Shown here: piece by piece, positions 16,695-24,596 of the stretch | Numbering within the stretch: the stretch's first letter is position 1 | How the letters are laid out: each line of letters begins with the position of its first letter | IMG/VR virus record: IMGVR_UViG_643348544_000004 | Strand: one strand, 5' to 3' | Length of the DNA stretch: 44,988 nt | Origin: a virus | Lineage: Duplodnaviria; Heunggongvirae; Uroviricota; Caudoviricetes | Made by a program: the position numbers and the translations under genes | Notes under the pieces: model-generated | What the model was told of the DNA's origin: nothing | Databases searched by the model: none | What the model saw: only the letters and a program-made list of their open reading frames with translations

Positions 16695-17744
16695 ATGCTT
16701 AATACTGTAAAAATATCCAGTTGTGAGTTAATCAACGCCGACTGCCTGGAATTTATCCGGTCGTTACCCGAAAATTCTGTTGACCTGATAGTCACGGACC
16801 CGCCGTACTTTAAAGTGAAGCCTGAGGGCTGGGATAACCAGTGGAAGGGCGACGATGATTACCTGAAGTGGCTGGACCAGTGTCTGGCGCAGTTCTGGCG
16901 GGTGCTGAAACCTGCCGGAAGTCTTTACCTGTTCTGTGGTCATCGCCTGGCATCTGATATCGAAATCATGATGCGTGAACGCTTCAGTGTGCTGAACCAT
17001 ATTATCTGGGCGAAGCCGTCCGGACGCTGGAACGGATGCAACAAGGAAAGCCTGCGGGCGTATTTCCCCGCCACAGAGCGCATTCTGTTCGCGGAACATT
17101 ATCAGGGGCCGTATCGTCCGAAAGATGCCGGGTATGCGGCGAAGGGCAGTGCACTGAAACAGCATGTGATAGCCCCGCTGATTTCTTACTTTCGTGATGC
17201 GCGCGCGGCCCTGGGGATAACGGCAAAACAGATTGCAGATGCCACAGGAAAGAAAAACATGGTGTCGCACTGGTTCAGTGCCAGTCAGTGGCAGCTACCG
17301 AACGAAAGCGATTATCTGAAATTACAGTCGCTGTTTGCCCGGGTGGCAGAAGAGAAACATCAGCGCGGTGAACTGGAAAAGCCCCACCACCAGCTGGTGG
17401 ATACGTATACGTCACTGAACCGGCAGTATGTGGAGCTGCAGAGTGAATATAAGCATCTGCGGCGGTATTTTGGTGTGACGGCGCAGGTGCCGTACACGGA
17501 TGTGTGGACACATAAACCGGTGCAGTTCTATCCCGGGAAACATCCGTGCGAAAAACCGGCAGAAATGCTGCAGCAGATAATCAGCGCAAGCAGTCGTCCG
17601 GGTGACCTGGTTGCAGATTTTTTTATGGGCTCAGGTTCAACGGTAAAAGCTGCACTGGCGCTCGGGCGTCGTGCGATTGGCGTTGAACTGGAGACCGGAC
17701 GTTTTGAGCAGACAGTCAGGGAAGTTCAGGATTTAATCGTTTGA
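16695..17744 (+). CDS. Orphan DNA methyltransferase (N6-adenine/N4-cytosine class, DPPY motif), 349 aa
   Basis: VTDPPYF catalytic motif and FxGxG-type SAM motif (DFFMGSGST) read in translation; no adjacent restriction endonuclease gene. Confidence 0.8.
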   Translation: MLNTVKISSCELINADCLEFIRSLPENSVDLIVTDPPYFKVKPEGWDNQWKGDDDYLKWLDQCLAQFWRVLKPAGSLYLFCGHRLASDIEIMMRERFSVLNHIIWAKPSGRWNGCNKESLRAYFPATERILFAEHYQGPYRPKDAGYAAKGSALKQHVIAPLISYFRDARAALGITAKQIADATGKKNMVSHWFSASQWQLPNESDYLKLQSLFARVAEEKHQRGELEKPHHQLVDTYTSLNRQYVELQSEYKHLRRYFGVTAQVPYTDVWTHKPVQFYPGKHPCEKPAEMLQQIISASSRPGDLVADFFMGSGSTVKAALALGRRAIGVELETGRFEQTVREVQDLIV

Positions 17745-17793
17745 AACGGATGAGATTGCAGAATTAATTACGCACCATTATTATTCTGCTTCC

Positions 17794-17869
17794 GGCCCTT
17801 TAGCTCAGTGGTGAGAGCGAGCGACTCATAATCGCCAGGTCGCTGGTTCAAATCCAGCAAGGGCCACCA
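17794..17869 (+). tRNA. ileZ: tRNA with CAT anticodon, most likely tRNA-Ile2 (lysidine; ileX/ileZ-like)
   Basis: Cloverleaf folded by hand: acceptor GGCCCTT/AAGGGCC, anticodon loop CTCATAA, T-loop TTCAAAT, 3' CCA; close to remembered E. coli ileX. Confidence 0.75.
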
Positions 17870-17876
17870 TCACATA

Positions 17877-17953
17877 CCGCCATTAGCTCATCAGGAAAGA
17901 GCGCCAGCCTTCGAAGCTGGCTGCGCGGGGTTCAAGTCCCCGATGGCGGTCCA
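17877..17953 (+). tRNA. argN: tRNA-Arg (anticodon TCG)
   Basis: Acceptor CCGCCAT/ATGGCGG, anticodon loop CTTCGAA, T-arm GGGGTTCAAGTCCCC, 3' CCA; folded by hand. Confidence 0.65.
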
Positions 17954-17966
17954 TTATCTGCATCAT

Positions 17967-18043
17967 GCGTTGTTAGCTCAGCCGGACAGAGCAATTGCCT
18001 TCTAAGCAATCGGTCACTGGTTCGAATCCAGTACAACGCGCCA
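17967..18043 (+). tRNA. argO: tRNA-Arg (anticodon TCT)
   Basis: Acceptor GCGTTGT/ACAACGC, anticodon loop CTTCTAA, T-loop TTCGAAT, 3' CCA; folded by hand. Confidence 0.75.
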
Positions 18044-18532
18044 CACTTATTTTCCCTGGCTCGCTTTTGCGGGCCTTTTTTTTAAATGTCTCACAATTCA
18101 GACGGTTGACAGTTGTCTGTTTTGCGGGGAGTTTGTTAAAAGAAACTGGCATGGTGAATCCCCCTGTGCGGAGGGGCAATCAGCGAGTAGGTATATGGGA
18201 TAATCGCGGATTCAGGTGCTGGTACTGAATTCACCGGGAGGCACCCGGCACCATGCAATGGCACATAGCGCCACTCTCCAGCCCCTCTCCGGAGGGGCTT
18301 TCTTATGGACAAAAAAAGCCCGCGCTGGGAGACGCGGGCGGCAAGGAATAAACAATAAAACGTGAAGTAATATTTCAGCTGGCGAATAATACCCCATAGT
18401 AATCACTCTGCGCAACTGCGCGGTCTTTTTCGAATTGCGGGCTGTAGTCTCCCTTCTGCCATTGTCCTGTAACTTCCGGACTTCAGCCTGCTCCTTATCT
18501 GACTCACAACATTATCCCGCCCGGGAGGATTC

Positions 18533-20395
18533 ATGACATTTAAACACTACGATGTGGTCAGGGCGGTGTCGCCGTCAGACCTTGCTGATGCACTTGCTCA
18601 AAAAATTCGTGAAGGATGGCAACCATACGGCGGGCCGTTTTCTTCGTATACGGATGATGGCGCAGCACTTATTCAGGCGATTGTCGCAGAAGGTGATGTG
18701 GTCGTCAGTGGTGCAACTGAGCCGGAGTGGTACTACGTCATCGTACTGGCCGGGCAGTCTAATGCCATGGCTTACGGTGAAGGGCTTCCGCTTCCGGATT
18801 CATACGATGCGCCCCATCCGCGCATTAAGCAACTGGCCCGTCGTAACACAGTGACTCCCGGTGGTGAAGTATGCGTATTTAACGACATCATTCCTGCTGA
18901 CCATTGTCTGCATGATGTTCAGGATATGAGTACGATTAACCATCCCCGGGCTGACCTGAGCAAAGGGCAGTACGGCTGTGTCGGACAGGGCTTACATATT
19001 GCCAAAAAACTGCTTCCGTATATCCCTAATAATGCGGGGATCCTGCTGGTACCATGCTGTCGTGGTGGTTCGGCATTCACCCAGGGCACGGAGGGGACAT
19101 TCAGCGAGTCCACGGGGGCCAGTCAGGATTCGGCTCGCTGGGGAGTGGGTAAGCCGTTATATCAGGATCTGCTTTTCCGCACGAAGGCAGCATTGCAGAA
19201 AAACCCGAAAAACGTTTTGCTGGCGATATGCTGGATGCAGGGGGAATTCGATATGAAGAATGCCAGTTACGCCCAGCAGCCAGCAGCATTTCTTGCAATG
19301 GTACAGCAGTTCCGTGCTGACCTTGCCGGGCTGGCGGCGCAGTGTCACGGTGGAAGTCCGGCATCAGTCCCCTGGATTTGTGGCGACACGACATACGCGT
19401 GGAAACAAGAACACGGTACACAATATGAAGTGGTATATGGTGCATATAAAGGTAAAGAATCCCAGCAGATTTATTTTGTTCCCTTTATGACCGATGGTAG
19501 CGGAGTTAATACACCGACAAACAACCCGTCAGAAGATCCTGATATTGCCGGGTCTGGTTATTACGGTTCGGCATCCCGAACGAACAAAAACTGGGTATCA
19601 TCAAATCGCCCGACGCATTTCAGCTCATGGGCGCGTCGTGGCATTATTCCCGATCGTATGGCAACTGCTATTCTGAACGTAGCCGGTCGCACCTTAGCCT
19701 TCATTAGTGGTAAGGCACCGGAAATCAAACCCTCGCCCGGCGGCGACACGCCATCGGGGCCGTCTGAAGATGCATCCGTACGCACAATCTCCCTGTTGCC
19801 GACAGCCGGAGATGCTGCTGCGCAGGGCTGGAGCATTAAGAATGGCGGAATTCAGTTGTCAGATGGTGTATTTAAGATCACCAAGCAGAGCAATAAAGCC
19901 TGGTCCCTGACGCGCCCGGTGGATGACGCAGTCTCCCTGCTGACACGGGGTGGCAGACTGAGCTGTAAGTTTCGACTGTCAGGCGCACTGACCAACAACC
20001 AGTTCGGTCTGGGAATTTATCTGTATACCGATGTAGCGTTACCTGACGTCGTGGCGATGACCGGGACTGGTAACCCGTTCCTGATGTCGTTCTTCACCCA
20101 GACCACAGACGGCAAACTGAATCTGATGCATCACAAGAAAGCAGGAAACACAAAGTTGGGCGAGTTCGGGAATTACAGTAACGACTGGCAGACGCTGGAG
20201 CTGGTGTTCACCGCCGGCAGTGCCACGGTTACTCCGAAACTGAATGGAGTGGCTGGCCCGGCATTCCAGGTCATAAAAGACAGTCTGACAGTGGGACTAA
20301 ATGCACTGACGCTGACGGATATTACCAAAAATGCAACGTATGGCGTTGAGATAGAAAGTCTGGTGCTGGAGATAAATGCACCGGCATCATCATAA
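18533..20395 (+). CDS. Prophage NanS-p-like sialate O-acetylesterase (N-terminal DUF1737-like + SGNH/SASA esterase + C-terminal domain), 620 aa
   Basis: GQSNAMAYG motif typical of sialate O-acetylesterases; position between tRNAs and holin as in Stx-type lambdoid phages. Confidence 0.7.
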   Translation: MTFKHYDVVRAVSPSDLADALAQKIREGWQPYGGPFSSYTDDGAALIQAIVAEGDVVVSGATEPEWYYVIVLAGQSNAMAYGEGLPLPDSYDAPHPRIKQLARRNTVTPGGEVCVFNDIIPADHCLHDVQDMSTINHPRADLSKGQYGCVGQGLHIAKKLLPYIPNNAGILLVPCCRGGSAFTQGTEGTFSESTGASQDSARWGVGKPLYQDLLFRTKAALQKNPKNVLLAICWMQGEFDMKNASYAQQPAAFLAMVQQFRADLAGLAAQCHGGSPASVPWICGDTTYAWKQEHGTQYEVVYGAYKGKESQQIYFVPFMTDGSGVNTPTNNPSEDPDIAGSGYYGSASRTNKNWVSSNRPTHFSSWARRGIIPDRMATAILNVAGRTLAFISGKAPEIKPSPGGDTPSGPSEDASVRTISLLPTAGDAAAQGWSIKNGGIQLSDGVFKITKQSNKAWSLTRPVDDAVSLLTRGGRLSCKFRLSGALTNNQFGLGIYLYTDVALPDVVAMTGTGNPFLMSFFTQTTDGKLNLMHHKKAGNTKLGEFGNYSNDWQTLELVFTAGSATVTPKLNGVAGPAFQVIKDSLTVGLNALTLTDITKNATYGVEIESLVLEINAPASS

Positions 20396-20544
20396 AAAGT
20401 GAGCCAGTCAAATGGAAGGTATCGTTAAACTCACCGGTAGTGTCAGTGGGTCGTCTGAGACGCCTGCATGAGTTATCAGAGCCATCAGTACTTAACTGGT
20501 GGCTTTTTTATTGTTGTCAGCTTCCGGATAACGGGAGACGGGGT

Positions 20545-20760
20545 ATGTACCAGATGGAAAAAATCACAACAGGTGTGTCATACACCACGTCAGCGGTGGG
20601 AACGGGCTACTGGTTCCTGCAGTTGCTGGACAGGGTTTCCCCGTCTCAGTGGGCGGCAATAGGCGTGCTGGGGAGTCTGCTGTTTGGGCTGCTGACATAT
20701 CTGACTAACCTGTATTTCAAAATCAGAGAGGACCGTCGTAAGGCGGCGCGGGGGGAGTAA
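20545..20760 (+). CDS. S: Holin S (lambdoid Stx-phage type), 71 aa, dual-start motif MYQMEK
   Basis: Sequence [71 protein letters not shown] matches remembered holin; Met1 and Met4 candidate starts. Confidence 0.85.
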   Translation: MYQMEKITTGVSYTTSAVGTGYWFLQLLDRVSPSQWAAIGVLGSLLFGLLTYLTNLYFKIREDRRKAARGE

Positions 20761-20764
20761 AGCG

Positions 20765-21571
20765 ATGAAGAAAAAATACGAACTGGGTGTTAAAGGGATA
20801 AATAATTATCCGGATAAGATTACTGTTACTGTGGCACTGGAAATTGGTGGGTATCCGTCACTGTTGTTGCCAGATGTGGCGATTAGTCTTGACCGTACTG
20901 AAGGTGCCACGCTGGAGTTTTACGAAGCTGAGGCGAAAAAGCAGGCGAAGCAGTTTTTCATGGATGTTGCTGCCGGGTTATGTGAAGGGGATGAGCAGTC
21001 GCCGGAAAAGCGCCCCGTAATTTTAGAGGCGCAGAATGTGTGGATAACCTACAAAGGAAAGCTACCGGGAAGAATTACTGGTTCTCTGAAGATGCCGCCG
21101 TCAACACTGCGGTCAGAAAAAGAGGCGTCTTGTCTGCAGTCTGAGTACTCCATTACGGTTAAAAGTGCCGGAGAGGAAGGAAATAAACGTTATTTTATTG
21201 CGTCTGCACCTGATAAAGATCAGGAATGGGAGTGTAACCGGCCATCCTTTGTTGTATACGGAGATGGCGGGAAAATAACCATCTCAGAAAATGGGAAATT
21301 AACACCGCCATCGCACCAGCATAGTGAGGCGCTCATTGAATTTGCCATTGATTACCTGAAGAACAATAAAAAGCAGGGGCTGATGAAGCGCATTGGTCGT
21401 TGCATGGGATATCTGCAGGTAGCAGCTGAGATTGAAATGATGGCCAGTGGTGCTGACAATGATGCAGTTGTGCTGGAGGCTCTTCTGCGTGATTTTGATA
21501 ATACGCCCTTTAAGAAAGCACCTGTTGACTGGATGCAGCCGGGGATGACTTATCTGAAAGGGCGTATATAA
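20765..21571 (+). CDS. Protein of unknown function, 268 aa, inserted between holin and endolysin
   Basis: ATG 5 nt after holin stop, so likely co-transcribed with late genes; no motif or family recognised. Confidence 0.5.
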   Translation: MKKKYELGVKGINNYPDKITVTVALEIGGYPSLLLPDVAISLDRTEGATLEFYEAEAKKQAKQFFMDVAAGLCEGDEQSPEKRPVILEAQNVWITYKGKLPGRITGSLKMPPSTLRSEKEASCLQSEYSITVKSAGEEGNKRYFIASAPDKDQEWECNRPSFVVYGDGGKITISENGKLTPPSHQHSEALIEFAIDYLKNNKKQGLMKRIGRCMGYLQVAAEIEMMASGADNDAVVLEALLRDFDNTPFKKAPVDWMQPGMTYLKGRI

Positions 21572-21580
21572 GGTGGCTCG

Positions 21581-21895
21581 TTATCTGTTGCTGGATAATC
21601 GACTGAAGATGCGTTCTTTTTGTGTTTTTGCGTAATGATTGTCCCACTCACAATCAAGGTAGCTTAATTCTTCATTCAACCAGTTATTTATATTGGTCTT
21701 AATACGCATAAGCATGGGCTGTGTTAATGCTCTGGCGATAATGCCGAGAGTCACAGGTGTGAGATGTCCATACGGCTCAGCCTGAATGGATTTTACTGCA
21801 TCGTGTTCTTGTGGGAGGAGTAAGAGGCACTCTGATTTTACCCGCTCATTTATGGCTTGCAGGCATAAATCATAATTATGTTGATCGTTATGCAT
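21581..21895 (-). CDS. Protein of unknown function, 104 aa, convergent with the 268-aa gene
   Basis: GAGG RBS about 8 nt upstream of ATG; inverted repeat in its 5' region; no family recognised. Confidence 0.45.
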   Translation of the reverse strand: MHNDQHNYDLCLQAINERVKSECLLLLPQEHDAVKSIQAEPYGHLTPVTLGIIARALTQPMLMRIKTNINNWLNEELSYLDCEWDNHYAKTQKERIFSRLSSNR

Positions 21896-21908
21896 GGTTA
21901 ATCCTCTA

Positions 21909-21932
21909 CTGAAATTGTCAGATATATTTCAG
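21909..21932. promoter_or_regulatory. Perfect 7-bp inverted repeat CTGAAAT-N10-ATTTCAG in the 5' region of the minus-strand 104-aa gene
   Basis: Read directly; lies 14-39 nt upstream of the minus-strand start codon. Confidence 0.35.
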
Positions 21933-22023
21933 CCATCAGGAAAAACGCCAGTGTCCTACCGCTGGCGGGCTGAAGATTTAACATATCCAGGGATTCGGAA
22001 CCGATAAATCCTGATAAATATCC

Positions 22024-22557
22024 ATGAACACCAAAATCAAATATGGCCTGTCGGCTGCCGTTCTGGCGTTGATTGCCATCGGTGCGCCTGCGCCTGATAT
22101 TCTCGACCAGTTTCTGGATGAAAAAGAAGGTAACCACACAACGGCATACCGTGATGGTGCGGGTATCTGGACCATCTGCCGCGGTGCCACAATGGTGGAT
22201 GGTAAACCTGTTATTCCGGGCATGAAACTGTCGAAGGAAAAATGCGACCAGGTTAATGCCATTGAACGGGATAAGGCGCTGGCATGGGTGGAGCGCAATA
22301 TTAAAGTTCCACTGACCGAACCACAGAAAGCGGGTATAGCGTCATTCTGTCCCTATAACATTGGCCCCGGTAAGTGTTTCCCGTCGACGTTTTATAAGCG
22401 GCTGAATGCTGGTGACCGCAGGGGAGCGTGTGAGGCGATTCGCTGGTGGATTAAGGACGGTGGCAGAGACTGCCGTATCCGCTCAAATAACTGTTATGGT
22501 CAGGTATCCCGTCGTGACCAGGAGAGCGCGCTGGCGTGCTGGGGAATCGACAGATAA
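22024..22557 (+). CDS. R: Endolysin R (phage lysozyme, likely SAR type with N-terminal signal-anchor-release helix), 177 aa
   Basis: N-terminal Gly/Ala-rich weakly hydrophobic segment (LSAAVLALIAIGAPAP) followed by lysozyme-like domain resembling phage 21-type endolysin. Confidence 0.8.
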   Translation: MNTKIKYGLSAAVLALIAIGAPAPDILDQFLDEKEGNHTTAYRDGAGIWTICRGATMVDGKPVIPGMKLSKEKCDQVNAIERDKALAWVERNIKVPLTEPQKAGIASFCPYNIGPGKCFPSTFYKRLNAGDRRGACEAIRWWIKDGGRDCRIRSNNCYGQVSRRDQESALACWGIDR

Positions 22558-22649
22558 GCAGAATATTTTGCTGAAAAATAAGGCATGGCCACGCGGGCGG
22601 ATAACACGAAATCCTGCGAACTGGCGAAACGTAAGTGAATAAAAGTAAA

Positions 22650-22687
22650 AACCCCGTTTGTTGGCAGCAAGCGGGGTTTTGTTTTTA
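22650..22687 (+). terminator. Rho-independent terminator downstream of endolysin
   Basis: AACCCCGTTTG...CAAGCGGGGTT hairpin followed by TTGTTTTTA. Confidence 0.5.
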
Positions 22688-22849
22688 TGGCAGTAAGCTA
22701 TGGGAGGCTGCCTTGATTGATTTTAGCAAACTGATTAGGGAGTTGCGACTCATGATTAGTCAATTACCAAACTGGAAATTTTTGCTGGTCTGGAGCATCC
22801 CTTTTTTATGGGTAGTATCCCAGTTAATTGTGGCAATTAAGGGGTAGCT

Positions 22850-22981
22850 ATGTCAGACAAACTCATAACGCCGGCAAAGGTCCTGTGTGTGATTGTCGGT
22901 ATTTCATTTTCACTAATGCTGGTTGCTCTTTTTCTGTCCCTCGCCTGGGTGATGTTGTCTTCGTCGGGGCTGCTGGGGTGA
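22850..22981 (+). CDS. Small predicted membrane peptide, 43 aa (MSDKLITPAKVLCVIVGISFSLMLVALFLSLAWVMLSSSGLLG)
   Basis: Manual translation; one hydrophobic helix; below track cutoff. Confidence 0.3.
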   Translation: MSDKLITPAKVLCVIVGISFSLMLVALFLSLAWVMLSSSGLLG

Positions 22982-22983
22982 CA

Positions 22984-23100
22984 GTGACTGATGACATCAG
23001 CAGAGCGCTGGCTTTTGCTATTAAGTGGGTGGCTGTTGGTATTGCTGTGTCTCCGATGCTATATGGGCTGGCAAAACTGGTCATTGCGCTGAAATCGTGA
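22984..23100 (+). CDS. Small predicted membrane peptide, about 38 aa, GTG start (…DDISRALAFAIKWVAVGIAVSPMLYGLAKLVIALKS)
   Basis: C-terminal part of the 90-aa track frame; paralogous to the following 28-aa peptide (shared RA[LM]AFAI[KR]xVA motif). Confidence 0.25.
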   Translation: MTDDISRALAFAIKWVAVGIAVSPMLYGLAKLVIALKS

Positions 23101-23111
23101 ACTTTAAAAAG

Positions 23112-23198
23112 ATGAGTGCTGAACTTATTCGGGCAATGGCATTTGCCATTCGTATTGTGGCCATTGCTGTTCTGGTCTGGGCAATCCGTTGGTGGTGA
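23112..23198 (+). CDS. Small predicted membrane peptide, 28 aa ([28 protein letters not shown])
   Basis: Manual translation; stop TGA 1 nt before Rz ATG. Confidence 0.3.
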   Translation: MSAELIRAMAFAIRIVAIAVLVWAIRWW

Positions 23199-23199
23199 T

Positions 23200-23667
23200 A
23201 TGAACCGTGTTCTGTGTGTGGTGATTATTGTCATGCTGGTGGCCTGTGGTGCGCTTAGTCTGGGGCTGAATCATTACCGTGATAACGCCATTACCTACAA
23301 AGCCCAGCGCGACAAAAATGTCAGAGAACTGAAGCTGGCGAACGCGGCAATTACTGACATGCAGATGCGTCAGCGTGATGTTGCTGCGCTCGATGCAAAA
23401 TACTCGAGGGAATTAGCCGATGCGAGAGCTGAAAATGAAACTCTTCGCGCTGACGTTGCCGCTGGTCGTAAGCGCCTGCGTATCAACGCCACCTGTCCAG
23501 GTCCCGTGCGTGAAGCCACCGGCACCGCCCGCGTGGATAATGCAACCGGCCCCCGACTGGCAGACACCGCTGAACGGGATTATTTCACCCTCAGAGAGCG
23601 GCTGATGACGATGCACAAGCAACTGGAAGGGGCGCAGGAATATATCCGTACTCAGTGCCTGAAATAA
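23200..23667 (+). CDS. Rz: Spanin inner-membrane subunit Rz, 155 aa
   Basis: N-terminal TM helix, coiled-coil-like remainder, embedded Rz1 in +1 frame. Confidence 0.75.
   Translation: MNRVLCVVIIVMLVACGALSLGLNHYRDNAITYKAQRDKNVRELKLANAAITDMQMRQRDVAALDAKYSRELADARAENETLRADVAAGRKRLRINATCPGPVREATGTARVDNATGPRLADTAERDYFTLRERLMTMHKQLEGAQEYIRTQCLK
23435..23605 (+). CDS. Rz1: Spanin outer-membrane lipoprotein Rz1 (embedded in Rz), 56 aa
   Basis: [15 protein letters not shown] lipobox-like signal, Pro-rich mature region; entirely within Rz in another frame. Confidence 0.7.
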   Translation: MKLFALTLPLVVSACVSTPPVQVPCVKPPAPPAWIMQPAPDWQTPLNGIISPSESG

Positions 23668-23865
23668 GTTTTGTTGATGCGCCGTATCGTCGCTGTATTC
23701 CCTCATTAACAGAGACCGCAGCCCGACAGGGAGACTCCTCTGCGCGAGTGTGCGGGGATAATCAAAAACGATACACACCGGGGTTTACCGCGTTAACGGA
23801 GCGCGGCGTTGTCCCCTCATAGTCGCCTGTCCGGTGCGATGGTGGAAGAAACCGGACTACATTGA

Positions 23866-23886
23866 AAATGATAACCATTATCATTT
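23866..23886. promoter_or_regulatory. Palindrome AAATGATAA-cca-TTATCATTT resembling a Fur box, in the Rz-to-terminase intergenic region (probable cos region)
   Basis: 16-mer AATGATAACCATTATC matches the remembered Fur consensus core AATGATAATCATTATC at 15 of 16 positions; alternative interpretation is an IHF or terminase site of cosB. Confidence 0.3.
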
Positions 23887-24119
23887 TTGCGGGTCCTCCT
23901 GGTGGGGTGGGCCTGAACACGGGGCGGACGGCGCGGGAAAAGGCGCATTTTTGTGATTTTATCGTCATCATCATCATTAGCGTAACTTGTTGTTTTTAAT
24001 GTGTTTAGCATTAAAAAGATGATGATTGTGGTTGATTTTTGTTCGACATCTTTATATGGCGGCATTTCTTTACAAAAAAAGAGCCACTTTTGTTCAGCGG
24101 TTTATGTGGAGGGATGTGA

Positions 24120-24596
24120 ATGGACGGCGAGCTGAAAAATATGAAGTTAAATATTAATCAACTGGCAGCCATTTCAGGTCTGCACCGGCAGACTGTTGCC
24201 GCCAGAATGGCGGATGTTCCTCTTGCACCAGGTAGTAATGAAAAGAAAAAAATGTATCTCCTGACGGATTTGATTATTTCGTTGCTGGAAAAACCACCGG
24301 CTTCCGAAGATGAAGAGATGAACCCACATGATCGGAAGGCATGGTATCAGTCCGAGCGCGAGCGTCTTAAATTTCAGCATGAAACTGTTCAGCTTGTGCC
24401 AGTCAGTGATGTCAGGCGGTCCTTTTCTGTCGTGGTGAAAGCGATAGTTCAGGTACTGGAAACCTGGCCTGACCGGCTGGAGAGGGACAGGGGGTGGACC
24501 GCATCACAACTGAATGAAGTACAGATTGTGGTTGATGAGATCCGCGATACACTGGAAAAGGCAGTCATTGACTGTTGTGATGAGGCCGATATGTGA
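24120..24596 (+). CDS. nu1: Terminase small subunit (Nu1-like), 158 aa
   Basis: N-terminal HTH-like region similar to lambda Nu1; GGAGGG RBS; stop overlaps terL start. Confidence 0.7.
   Translation: MDGELKNMKLNINQLAAISGLHRQTVAARMADVPLAPGSNEKKKMYLLTDLIISLLEKPPASEDEEMNPHDRKAWYQSERERLKFQHETVQLVPVSDVRRSFSVVVKAIVQVLETWPDRLERDRGWTASQLNEVQIVVDEIRDTLEKAVIDCCDEADM

Noticed and set aside
18044-18532. Shiga toxin genes (stxA/stxB) at the canonical site between the tRNAs and nanS-p
   Set aside because: No ORF of appropriate size or sequence is present; the region is noncoding.
22635-22847. 70-aa ORF starting inside the post-endolysin terminator
   Set aside because: Its 5' part spans the terminator hairpin. 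A shorter 31-codon version (22752-22847, MISQLPNWKF...) is possible but has weak RBS support, so it is not called.
23762-24065. Minus-strand ORFs of 71 and 82 aa in the Rz-to-terminase intergenic region (possible bor-like gene)
   Set aside because: Translations are low-complexity (poly-Met, Pro/Arg-rich) and do not resemble the Bor lipoprotein; the region is more likely cos and regulatory DNA.
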